Assembly: GCA_002189035.1 (NCBI GenBank)
Contig: CM007990.1
Coordinates: forward strand, 3,286,001 to 3,350,000
DNA: 64,000 nucleotides
Direction of reading: 5' to 3'
Source of the DNA: Utricularia gibba
Taxonomy: Eukaryota; Plantae; Magnoliophyta
A program made the position numbers and the translations under genes. Of this stretch, positions 51,193 through 63,677 are shown piece after piece. The stretch's first letter is position 1. Every line of letters begins with the position of its first letter. Under the pieces are notes generated by a model. The model saw only the letters and a list, made by a program, of their open reading frames with translations. It was not told the DNA's origin and did no database searches.

Positions 51193-53591
51193 ATGCGGAA
51201 TCGGGGTTTCTCTTCTTCTTCGTCATCTCTGTTGTATCTCTGGATCGCTATTCTCCTCCTCGCCTGCTCTAAAGGTCTCACGCTGATTCACGTGCATTTG
51301 CATTGCGTTGCATTCTGTCCTGTTTTTTCTTTTTTTTTTTAACTGGAAATGCTTCTCACATGTTTCAAGTGCAAATCTCAATTGCATTGCGGAATTACGC
51401 AGGGGAAGAATTCGAGCGGCAGCAGTACAGGTACAAATTCATAAAACCCGCGAGCAAATTCGTGGATCATCGGGATGACGCCGCGGGGGAGGAAGCCGGA
51501 TATGATTACATCATCGTCGGAGGGGGACGGGAGGATGCCCCTTGGCCGCGACCCTCTCCCAAAACTACACCGTTTTGTTGCTTGAAAGAGGGGGCACGCC
51601 CTTCCACAACACCAACATCACCCTCATGGAGAACTTCCACATCGCGCTCGCCGATACCTCCGACACCTCGCCGTCCCAGATGTTCATCTCCACCGACGGC
51701 GTCTTCAATTCCCGCGCTAGGGTTCTTGGGGGCGGCACCTGCATCAACGCCGGTTTCTACACCCGCGCTAACCCAAGGTACAAATTATTACCACCAACCC
51801 CTCCTACTACTCTAATATATATCAGTTTTGTTTTCTATTTTTTTATTTCGTGGGGAGTTGAGTTGAGTTGACTTGATGATTGCAATGAAGAACGCACTAC
51901 TGGATCTTGTGGCTTTTTGTGGCAGTTTTATTAGAAAAGCAGGGTGGGATGATGAACTGGTGAAGGAATCCTTCGAATGGGTTGAGAAACAGATAGTTCA
52001 TAAGCCAAAGCTGAACCAGTGGCAGATGGCTGTGAGAGATGGCCTACTTGAAGTTGGAGTCTCGCCTTACAATGGCTTCACATATGACCACAAGTACGGT
52101 ACCAAAGTTGGGGGAACCATCTATGATAAAAGTGGGCGTCGTCACTCAGCTGCCGAGCTTCTCGCTTCCGGCAACCCGGACAAGCTCACCGTTTTGGTGT
52201 ATGCTACCGTCCAGAAAATCAACTTCGACACCAGCAATGAACCAGGTAAGAAGCAAGTATGCTGTCAATGTTCTCTGTGTTTCGCCTCTCTGGTTAAGCT
52301 TGTATTGTACTGGATCGCCTCCTTTAGTGTTCTTCTTATGTTTGTAGCGCCTTTACAAGCGTTCGACATGTTGTTTTGGGGATTGTTACTTGTGTTTTGG
52401 CCATATGGAAATTTTTGTCTGTCTCAGGGGGGAGGCCTAGAGCCGTGGGGGTTACCTTCAAGGACGAAAATGGAGTGATCCACAGGGCCACACTGAGAAA
52501 AAGGCCGGAGAGCGAAGTCATACTATCGGCCGGAGCAATCGGAAGCCCACATCTACTGCTTCTGAGTGGGATTGGGCCGGCATCAGAGCTGAAAAAGTTC
52601 CATATTTCACCCGTTCTTGAGAACGAATTCGTGGGGAAGAACATGACTGATAACCCTCTTAACACGATCTTTGTACCCATAAATGGATCGGTTGAGCAGT
52701 CTCTGATAACCACCGTGGGGATTACCCGGCAGGGAGTGTACATCGAAGCCAGCAGCGGATACGGTCAGTCCAGGAACAGCATCCGTTGGGACCATGGAAT
52801 CGCTTCTGCTGAGGTAGACACCAATTAGGCTGCTTGTTTTTTGAACACATGAGCGCAGTAAGTTTAGCTAATATGATTGTAATGCGTCTCCCTGTAGATT
52901 GGTCAGCTGTCAACTATTCCTCCAAGGCTCAGAAGCCATGAAGCAATCCACAGGTATAGACTAACCAAGAGAGACCTTCCGCACGAGGCCTTCAGGGGAG
53001 GATTCATTCTGGAAAAGATAGCAAGGCCAAAATCCAAAGGTCATATCAGTCTCAACAACACCAACATCGATGATAATCCGATCATCACATTCAACTACTT
53101 CAGCCACCCCGAAGACTTAGCACGGTGTGTATCCGGGATCCGCATAGTCAAGAAGCTTCTGAAATCCAACAGCTTTCGGGGGTTCACTCAGCTGGACAAG
53201 CATTGTGTGGGGAAGCTGATGAACATGAGCGTCTCTGCGAACATCAATCTCATTCCTAGGCATAAAAATGATGGAAAATCATTGAAACAGTTTTGCAGAG
53301 ACACGATGATCACGATTTGGCATTATCATGGCGGATGCCACGTCGGAGAAGTAGTCGACAAGGATTACAAAGTTCTTGGTGTTGATAGGCTTCGCGTAGT
53401 TGATGGAGCCGTCTTCTTTGAGTCCCCCGGCACCAACCCTCAGGCCACTGTCATGATGATGGGAAGGTAACCCCCGCAGAAGTATAGCCCAGGCTTCGAC
53501 GGTCCTTTTTTTCTGTATTGGAGTCTAAATGAAAAGCTCACATTGTCGCAGGTACATGGGGCTGCAGATGCTGAAGAACAGAAAATCATAA
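51193..53591 (+). CDS. HTH: HOTHEAD-like GMC (glucose-methanol-choline) oxidoreductase, 6 exons; 1-nt frameshift at 51522-51526 as assembled
   Basis: Exons 51193-51274 (signal-peptide-like), 51403-51777, 51926-52245, 52428-52813, 52898-53468 and 53552-53591. Motifs: YDYIIVGGG..CPLAATLSQNYTVLLLERG, RARVLGGGTCINAGFY, EVILSAGAIGSPHLLLLSGIG, TIWHYHGGC, PGTNPQATVMMMGRY. Confidence 0.92.
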
Positions 53592-54266
53592 GGAACTGGA
53601 AAAGCTCCAGCGAAGTCTTGCAACTGATGACATAACCATGTGTTTATGAAGGAGAATTCAGCTATGTAACTTGTTCCTGTTTTGTTTGGCGGAGGATAGA
53701 AGGGCAGTTGCGATTGTTTGTATGTAAGAAGAAACTAATGAATTTGTAAAAGAAGATCAATCTCTTCTTTTCTATTTCGACTACAAATGTTATTGTGTCT
53801 AGCAAAACAGTTAAGTCAGAACCATGATTTCCTCGCAGATTTCAAGTGAAACAACAACTTTGGAGGTAGTGTTATCAGTTATGCTTCAATTACCCACAAT
53901 CGTATCCAGCACATGAAGAGGAGCAACGAAAACGGACAACTGTCAACCGCTGCAACAAGTTACCATCTAACTAAACCGTTTCAATCCTGACAAATGTCTT
54001 AAACCAGAGGAAGAATAATCACCACAAACATGTTTTCCTTTTTTGGTTTTCATTTCAGTGAATTTACGCAATGGAATAAGTGGGATTACACTTCCTGTTC
54101 CATTCAGAAGTATGGTTTGTAACTTCGTTAACACAAATGAATTCACAAAAACTTGGAACAACAGATGCAGAGACTCAGGCTATAACCAGCAGCAAACCAA
54201 GACAACAAGTCGTTGAAATCAAATCACAACACCAGTGGCAAACAATTTCAATCCTTGTGGTCTCCC

Positions 54267-55795
54267 TCATCTGCAATGCGCTGCGTGCTTTGCGTTTCCT
54301 CCTGGTGGGTAGAGGTCCTTGCAGAAATCAGCTGTGTACAAGTCTACATCAGCACTCATCCGATTGTTTCCCTTGGACAGAGGACTTGGTTTATGACGAT
54401 AAGGCAACTCCTCAACAGAATGTCTTCGAATTGACCTGGCAGGAGCTTGCTGTGAAGTGATAAAAACACACGGCTTCTGCTTAGCCTTCACTGAACTAGT
54501 CATGCTCATGTAGCTTGGCTTGTTGTCACTGGAGCCTGGTGATTCTGAAGTGGTGGTCGTTGATGAATTCGAAGCCCTGCTGAAATCAGAGGGGGCTCGT
54601 AGTACGGCTCAGACGAAGATCTCAGTATCTGGCAACTAATAGACCCTCTTGAATGACCCTTTCCATTTCGAAACGAATCTTGATCCGATGTGGCGCTGGA
54701 ATATGATGCACCTGATGTATATTCTGATTGCTTTGCTGATGATGCTGACAACGGATCGTCAACTTCTTCCGTCATCTTAGACTCCCAAGGCTTCACTGCC
54801 ATCCAACGCTGCAACCAATCAAGTCCTGATCCTTTCTTATCCAACTTCCTTGGAGTTGCTATTTTGCTGCACGATGATGACTTGGGAGTCTGCACCTGCA
54901 ACATCATACGCTTGAGTGAACACCTTCTGAACCAAGAGATAATTTATTTATTTGTTACCTGTTGCTGAGAAAGTGCGTAGTTCATTGCTCTTTCTCTTTT
55001 GATGGCTCCTTGCTGCTTCAATTCAAGCTTGGACTTGAGTTCCTCAACTGTGCCTGGGCTATCACACCATCCTCCATGTCCCTGCTATAACACAACAGTG
55101 AGACTGGTTTAACCAAAAGCAAATGCTCAACTGTACACAAAAATCAAACCACAGAGGTGGCGGCCATTTTTACAGAATCCTGGAGCACTTGGTGAGGACC
55201 CGAAGCCAAGACTGTGCAGCGAGCCTGAGCCCTTACTCGCGCTTGAACCCGAACCATCGCCTGCATACATCTGAAAGTGACTGCAGCCTGTTTTCTTACT
55301 AGTCGCCCACGGACTATTGCTTGGAGTCTCACCAATGCTTTCAAGGCCCTCAAGGCGCGTTTGGCCTTCAAATTTTCTCTTCATTAAAAAAGAGCGTTTT
55401 TTTTTATTTGAAAAGGAGGATGAAGTTTGGTTAGAGATATGATCACCAGAAAAGAGCGGAACACTGTTTGAATCCTAACAGCTGCCCACTCTCGCCGGAC
55501 GGCCATGAAATCCTTAGGTGAAGCTTTGGCTAATGCGGCCATCGCGGCAGCCATTTCGCTGTCGACATTCTGTGGAGAAACCTCCGATCCCGTGACCACC
55601 CCCCCGAGGAGCTTCTCCACAACATCCATTTCCAGGCCTTAATGCCACCCCCCTTTTGCTGACAAGAAAACCGAGAAAACATTTAGATCAGAGGAAGAAA
55701 AAAGGGAGTGTTTCAGAGGAGGTTGCATTACATACAGTTTGAGGAGGCCTTCGGAGGGCAATGATAGATCGAACCCACTTCCCAGAAACACCCAT
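54267..55795 (-). CDS. IQD: IQ67-domain (IQD) calmodulin-binding protein, 5 exons; two 1-nt frameshifts as assembled
   Basis: Exon 1 [12 protein letters not shown] (ATG 55795); KWMLWRSSS; [62 protein letters not shown] (IQ67 with its conserved phase-0 intron); GWCDSPGT; [12 protein letters not shown]; C-terminal [13 protein letters not shown]...DLYPP. Confidence 0.92.
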
Positions 55796-57077
55796 GATTT
55801 CCGACAGACAAGGCGAGAGAATCTTTCCCCTTGTTGTAATGAGGAGGAATTTAGATAAAAATAGATAGACCAACAACGCCAAGTCGATGTCAGGAGGAAG
55901 GCCGTGTAGTGAATGGTGCGTTTGAAATTTAAATTTGAAGGGAAAGTGAAAGGTGAAGTCCAGACCAACGGCACGGCACGGCACCTGCTTGCCTTTTCGC
56001 GTTTGAATTTCTCATCGGAAATTTGCAGTTGCAACCGGTCCCTGCTCTTTCCGTTTGAAAACCAGCAGAGATCATTTTTTCTCTTCAGACATCGTCCCCT
56101 CCCCGCCCTTCCCCCCAAAAAAGGATCTTCAGTTGATCTTGCAAAGTTGCAACAGTAGCCAAATTGCATTCTAAATTTAACACAAGAGTTCCAAGTGTGC
56201 ACTTTCAAAGCATTTGAAAAATGCATGTACTCGAAACAGTCCGTTTTGCAAACAGCGACTTTCTCTGGTATTTAAATTCTTTTCAGCAGGTAATTGATGT
56301 GTCATTTTAAATAGTGTCCCGTAGTCCAAGGGAGGATATTATAGTTATTTATTATTAGCATGATATAACAACATCATGATTTATTCAAATAACACAAGAT
56401 AGGAACAATTATCATATGGGAGACTTATGGATGAATATCATTTTATGTATTTTTTTATTAAAAAAATGAGCATGATTGGTGTGTATGGTTTAAAAAATTG
56501 ATATTTTTAATTTCGCTAAATAGTGTGTACAAACGATCTTCTCCATTACTAAAAACAGTAAACCCTAAAGATGCCTCCTACATTGTTATCCTCGCATAAT
56601 AATGGCCACGTGTGCCATTCCATATTGTTATGAGAGAAAGTTGATCGTCACCCAATTGAAGTGAAGATGTTAAAGATGCAATATGTTAGAGAGCAAGCAT
56701 TTGAAGCCATATGTGAACATAATGATCGGCAAATTTCAGGAGCATCATGGGCATTCTTCTAAACATCCACAAGCAATTTAAAGGGCTTGTTTGGTTGGCT
56801 GGTGTAGGCTAGTTTTCATTAAAATTTCATCCGTTTATTATGTTTGGTTGGATGGTGTTCCAACACCTGATGGTTTACAAAACTAGTTGCAATACCTATG
56901 AGAGTGAGTTTTGTGAAGCCTCTTGAGGGACTAGGTTCCACAAACTAACACAATTTACATACATTTTTGCCCATATCAAATTTGGGATTAGGGTTCCAAA
57001 TATGCGGCCACACCAATCCTTATCTTATTTTCTCACAATTTCAACAATTCAATGACTAGGTGTTTATGCTAGTATCA

Positions 57078-58401
57078 TGATGCGTATCGTTTCCATAACA
57101 AATTTTAATATTTTTAAAACTCGTAAAACACAAAAGCATAGTATGAGTGTCGAATACATAGAGTTGTTTTTCAGTGAAAGGTGATGTTAAACTGAATACA
57201 ACTATCACGATTTGTAAATGGTTTGGAAGTAAAAGGTGCGAGGAAAGTAAATGATGAAGCTTGATTAAGGGGGTAAGAGGGTTTTAAACAAACAACATAA
57301 ATAAACGTAAGCGATGAATCTTAAGTAAAGCGAATGTTCCTAGGTTTGGAATCCTGCCCAGCTATGTTCGTTGCGTCTTCACTCTTCTCTGGTCTTCTGG
57401 AGTACTCGATTATAGGAGTAAGAAATTTCCTATCCTCCCTTACACTCTCTTGCAAGAAGGTACGGGAATAGCCCGATGTTGCTCCTCCTTGGACGAACGT
57501 AAAGATAAGAGGTCCTGTCAACGTACCCTCACAGTCAAATTGCACGCGTGCGCCCGAGTGTTGTCAATGACCCAGTGAGTCCAGATACGAGGTCACTATC
57601 TGTCCCTTGATCCTGAGGTACGGCCACAGACAAAACTAGTCTTCCTCCTACCAAAAGGGCGTGAGTTGGTACTTTCCACCTTGCTCCTCTCCAAAATTCC
57701 CTGGTAGTGATTAGTTACCCATGAATCTTTAATAAGGGGACTGTTACAGAAAGACTGTAATATAGTTGCGTAAAACATATGAAACCCGTTCGGATTCAAA
57801 GAAAAGATGAAGATAAACTAACGAAACAGAGATCTGGGAGTATCCTAACCCAGAAACGGAAGTTTCTAACCGCAAATGGCCATGCAAACTAAAGGAAATG
57901 AAAACATATTCTAGAGAGAAGCTAGAGGAAAATCCTCTAGAGAGAGAAACAAAAGTCTAAACTGAGTTGGAAGTCCCCCTCAATGTCTGAACAAAATTGA
58001 ACTTCAATGAGAGTCTGAGTTTTCGTGTCCCCTTGGTTCTGCTATGAAATGGCATGACTTGCACGAAAGTTCTGCTTTGACATTGGTACGCTAATGATGT
58101 CGCATATCAAAGACTCTCGTGTTCCGCATGGCAAGACTCATGATTAGGCGTCTGCAGTTTTTCGGAAATCAAGGAGTGTCAGCTCGAGAAGATCTATTTT
58201 GTCGCCATTTGGTGCTTTATTTCTCTCACTTCCTACCACGTGTGCACTTCTAGAAAAACTTAAATAAAACTAGCAAAAATATTAAATAAAATACAAGATT
58301 TAGGATAATTACTTTAAACTAGATAAAAGCCTAAATCTCATATTATATCACATTTAAACATAAAAACAAACTAAGAAATAGTAAGAAAATGACACTTAAC
58401 A
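57078..58401 (-). mobile_element. Solo LTR (LTR-C), second copy, TSD TATCA/CATCA
   Basis: tgatgcgtatcgtttcc ... aaaatgacacttaaca, colinear with 46991-48341. Flanks tatca (57073-57077) and catca (58402-58406). Confidence 0.88.
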
Positions 58402-58735
58402 CATCACTTATCTCCTTTTTGCTTCTTTTCATGTGATTACTCATCACACATTATCTTCTTCCACCGACTGATTACTTTTGTGATTGGGTCAATTTCCATT
58501 CACAAATTCATCGGTACATATGCATTTTAGAGTATCTCCAAGTTCAATTTCACTTGTTTTATATGTAATACATTTGGCTCCAATTTCAATTCATTTGTGT
58601 TCTTCTAATTTACTTTGGGTGACTATGGTTGAATCATTTTGATCATGTTAATTCAATTGAATATTTGTCGAATTTTTTCGTATATATTATTCCTCGATGC
58701 ATTGGATTTATGAATTGTTGTCATTATAAATAGCA

Positions 58736-60975
58736 ATGTCATTGGCTGAGGAAGAATTCATGTTTTTATTATTCAGAATGCGGATTGTTATTCAATGGAT
58801 ATCTATATTGTGTGCATTGGAGGAAAGTGAAAACGGATTGATCACTTCTCAACTTGTTCAATATTCATTGCTTAGGAGGATACCTTTGCAGCTATCAAGG
58901 TTATTTGAGCTTATAGTATATCATTGAATGGTTCTTTTTATTGAACCATTGAATGAGATGGGATGGTTATAAAATGAAATGAGAACATTGATGGTTGTTG
59001 ATCATACATACATTTTCTCACATGGATGTAACATTTGTTGCTTTCTTCTTAAAGTCTTCTATTCAGAACAGCCCCAAGAAAACTTTATGACAAGAATGAA
59101 ACGATTTTCTATGATTGTTTAACATTGTAGGATTTGAACATTTCTTTTCCACTTATCTTGTTATTTTTGAGGATGATCTGACATGTTTTTATTGTAGATT
59201 ATTGAAGTTATCTTGCTTTACTTTAGTATGTGTGGCTAAGATAGTAATGATGCCTTAGAAAACAAAAGAATGGTGTGTTCACTTAGCTCAAGTCCGAATT
59301 GACAATGTGCTTCTATATGTTTTATCAACAAATCTAGAAGTCCACATTTATTAGGTGAGTATTGCCCCTCAATTTCACAGGTAAAAACTGTTGTATGTGC
59401 TTATTTAGTGGTTTAATTAAGCACATTGCATTACGCTATCCCATTACAAACTTGTCAATCATGATTTAACAAAACCCATATGTGAGATGGGTTTTCTTAA
59501 ATCTTTTGAGAAGTATTAAAATATTGATGATAATAATCTTCCTCCATAAACAAGTTTTGTGCATATATTTGTGTATTTTTTCATCATCTTCATCTCAAAT
59601 CCATCTGATTTTTGCAAATCGACGATTAATGAGTTTGAATTTTGATATTCTAATGACAACTCATGATTCAATTTATGTTGTGGTTAGTTACTTTTGCTCA
59701 CATGTTTGATGAGGCCATGCAATTGGTTGTGTGAAAATTGCAATAAATTGTTTGTTGTTTATTGAGGTTGTTGCAATGTTTTCCAATGTGATTAGATTGG
59801 GTGCACTTGTTGTAGTGCATTGCATTGGTCAGCACCTATATATTATGTAACTTATGATTGTTCTCATGTTGCATTACTACTCTACACCAATAAATGCATG
59901 AATTTTGTTCTCGTACCAAGAAAAAATATCTCAACAAATAGAGCATTTGATTGCAATTTTATCTTATTCAAGAAGCAGTTGTCTTGAAAAAATACACTTA
60001 AGTGCAAATGTCTTCAGCAAGTTATGCTATGTTTTTCGAAGTAATAGAAGACTAACTACTTCAAGGTATGTCAATGTACCAACATTGTTTTTGGGTAATT
60101 TTGATCATCATAGGAAAACAATGGAGCGAAAATTCGAATTCATGCGAAATAGTTGGATAGTATCTAGATATTTCAATCTGGTACTACCATCCATCTTATC
60201 ATTACATCAACATTTGCTTAAGAAGCCTATGGTAGTCGATGTTTATGGATATGTCATGCGTATTTTACATGACCCAATTTTCTTGTTTCTTTTTCAGAAT
60301 TTCTTAGGTGCATTGAATGGTTCATGTTTCAAGGTGAAAGTCAAGAATCAAGATAAATCAAATTAGAAGAATCACAAAAGAGTTGTGTACACTAACATGC
60401 TAGGACTGTGTAATGACAAGTTCATATTCATATATTTATTGTTTTGTTGGGGATCTGCCACTGATATTAAGGTCCTACGAGATGCAATTTGTCGACAAAG
60501 GGCATTCACTATACTCAAAGGTAACTACTTACCGTGGGTGGAGGCTTTTCATACCGAGTGATTATTATGCATTCCATTTTTTTTGTAGGATACTATTGCT
60601 TGTGTGATACTACATAATGCAAAGGATTATTTCAACATGTAGCATACTTATGCGAGAAATGTTATTGAGAAGGCATGGGGTCTAATGAAGATAAAGTAGG
60701 GTATTTTATGAAGTTATAGTTTTATCATATTAAAATACGAACTCGTATATACTCATGTGTGCCCTACTTTATATTTTTATCTAGCAAAGAAGGCCAACCA
60801 ATCCATGGGAATAAGTCATCTTGGAAGAGCACCAAAATCTAGATTTACAAGACTATGAAGATGATCAAGACATTTTCTTCATAGGAAACTCAGTGGAATG
60901 GATACAATTATGAGATTCAATGGTGGAGACAATGTTCGAAAAATGGAGAGATGCCACAAGAAGAAGAATATAAGG
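58736..60975 (+). pseudogene. Harbinger DDE transposase (DDE_Tnp_4-like) remnant
   Basis: ORF 59905-60366 plus downstream fragments carrying the motifs listed for the element; multiple stops. The first catalytic Asp appears as Asn (GALNG). Confidence 0.75.
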
Positions 60976-63677
60976 TGCTACATATGGAGGATGATGTTGC
61001 ATTGGAGTGTCATACAGATCATTTGTTATTTTATTTTACAATAATGGATAAATGTGAACTATGCTACATTGATATTGTGTAAAAACATCAGCTTTTCCAA
61101 AGACCATTTGTTTTTACGTTGCTAATTATGAATGTTGTTTTGCCTTAGTATTCTTGATTGACCTCGCATGAATATGTGTTCTAGGCATCGGGAGAAAAAA
61201 AATTTGTAGTGCTTAGAACATGTGGTCAATATGGAGGATGCATCTATCACACACACCCCATGCTAAGATGTCTAGAGAAAAAATAAGGACCACCCTACAT
61301 ATCTATGTGTAGACTAGATCTTAGTGTTCCAGGCACCACAAACCATAACTTGCTATGCCTAGAACATATAGATCCAGTTTGCTCGAACGAAGGTTACAAA
61401 TTTGAAATAAAAAACATCTGTCAATCTAGCGAGCATGTAAAGTTTGACGGGATTCATAAGTGCACATAGGTAAGGCACCGTGAGGTAGAATTTGTGGTGC
61501 TTGAAACACATGAACTAAAGTTGATATACAAAAAAATAATTAACTATACCTACAAATATATAAATACAACCATAATTAAATGTAGGCCATCGATAATGAT
61601 TTTATTAAATATAATTTGAGATTGAAAATTGGGTCTTGAGTTGAAAACCTTAGGCCCAACTGCCACATCCTTTCACCACACACTCATTTATTGCAGGACA
61701 TACCGTCTGCACCACAACCGCATGGTCTTCTATAATTCATTTGCACCACAACCACATGGTCCTCTATAATTTTCACTTCACATACTCTATAAATTTTGGT
61801 TCAAAGAAATGCTTACTTTCAAGAAACTGCAAATTCGATTTGCGATTCTAGAGATATACCATTTATGAGACAAGACAAGTGGTGAAACCATTGATAGTAA
61901 GGTTCCATCTAGGTTGAAGCAACAAGATTTTGTATGTCTACCTAACACTTTCGATGTGGGCTTCGATTACCACTACCACTCTTCATGTGCGAGTTGTTGA
62001 GATGTTTGGAGGTTCCAATGTCTCACCTAAATACTTGTTCAATTGCTCATGTGCTAGTATTTAAGAGAGTATGCATGGAGAAACATATTATATTGACCCT
62101 ACCTTTTATTTTTGGTATGTGTATATTCGAAATTGGAAAAATAATCATTTGTCATTGAAAAGTAAGCCAGGTATAACACTTGTCAATTTTATTTAGAATG
62201 GGTATGATACTAATGGACAATTTTCATTTAGGTATATCCACTTGAAGAACATTGAATTCCAACAAATCTCAGCTTTTACAAGTTGATTGAAAATTCAAAG
62301 GGTAATGACTGAATGTATTTTTTAAATTATATATTTTTATAAAATATACTTTTAAGAAATTGCATATTTTTTTTATCATATTTTAATTAATATTATTTTC
62401 ATATAAATTCAAAAATATAGTTTAATTAAAAAATTATATATTCTTGTAGATATGTATTTTAATATATATATATATATATATTTACATTTTTATGAATATA
62501 ATTATTTATTTTTAATGTATAAATATTATATTTTATAATATTAAAACGTATATACCAAATGTGGGTTTATCCTTAAATCTATCTAGAAAGCCACCTAAAG
62601 TGCCCAACCAAACTTGGCCTAATTTGTTATAAACGTCGATATTTGACTAATAAGTTTTTGGAGAGCTAATTTGCTAACAAACTCCTTATTTTCACCCCCA
62701 TTAAGAAATAAAAAAATGTTGATGACTTCGACATCGTCCCTGTCACACGACAAGATAAAATGATTTCTTCTCCTTATTAAACAAATACTTTTTTCTTTGT
62801 TGTGGCGGAACTTTTTTGGACACGTGGTTTGTGTTCATGGGAACTCCCTGACCCTTCACCTCCTTCAGCTCACCTATCCTCTCCTACTCAGCACACGAAA
62901 GATTCCGTCTTGCATTCCTCTTTCTTTTTCACATTTTCCCTGTTTTTTATGTGCAGAATGCATTCATTGGAGGTGGATAATCCCACCTACACGTGTCCTT
63001 GATCTCTGCACTATGAAGCTCTTCTTTTTTCTACGGTCCAAATATCCACACGCCATTCCACCGATTCCGAGAGGCCTTTGTCTAGGCGGAGTGCTGTTCA
63101 CTTCTTTATTGGTCGGCATGCGTTGTGTTCAGGGAATATGAACTTTCCATTTTGATCGCGTTATGGGGTTCCCCTCTTTCGGGTGGTTAACTCCTCTCGC
63201 GCCCATAAAAAAGTAGATCTTGATATATACTGCAGTAGACAAGGGCGTATTGATGACGATGGATGGATGAACTGTAATTCGAGTTGGGGTTGCAAGGAAT
63301 CCATTTACCTGATGTTTTGTGCAATGGAAAGTTGTTTTCAACAGGGTTTTCTTGTGGGTGTGTTGATTTTGCCTTTTTTTATCTTTCATTTTGCCTTTTC
63401 ATTCTTCCGATAGCTTTCTTCCGTCCTTTCGTAGCTGTGAGTGAGGTATCATAAATCAGTTTTTGGCTCTAGTCAGCTAATTTTATTAGTTACTTTCTGG
63501 GAAGAGTTTTTATTCCGATTACTTACATGTATTTATGATTTCTTTCTGTAATTTCTGAAATTTCTAAGAGTCTTTTCAGCATGGAGATGTGTGTTTGCGC
63601 TTTAGTTTCAGTTTTGTGAACTTGAAGAAAGGTAACGATTGGAAGACTAGTGAAAAAAATTTGGAATCTCTCAATAA

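Larger units (their letters stand above)
56782..62620 (+). mobile_element. PIF/Harbinger DNA transposon, degenerate, with TIRs and a nested solo LTR
   Basis: Left taa-agggcttgtttggttgg (56782) and right ccaaccaaacttggcc-taa (~62604-62622). Internal transposase remnants SRYFNLVL, FLGALNGS (cf. GAIDGTH) and ARNVIEKAWGLMK (cf. RNVIERAFGVLK). Confidence 0.78.

Noticed and set aside
51873-52478. Standalone 201-aa protein
   Set aside because: It is HTH exon 3 read through flanking introns; clear GT-AG boundaries define the real exon.
51515-55610. Programmed ribosomal frameshifting in HTH and IQD
   Set aside because: The sites are G/C runs, not X XXY YYZ heptamers with A/U triplets; this is not known for these families; homopolymer error is simpler.
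55639-56226. 195-aa ORF upstream of and overlapping IQD
   Set aside because: It runs through the IQD leader, exon 1 and intron 1 in a different frame, starts at a possible upstream ATG and has no recognisable domain.
46991-58401. One LTR retrotransposon with two LTRs that captured HTH and IQD
   Set aside because: Each LTR has its own separate TSD (ACTAT/ACTAT and TATCA/CATCA), and no PBS, PPT or retroelement coding sequence was found inside the pair, so these are independent solo LTRs.
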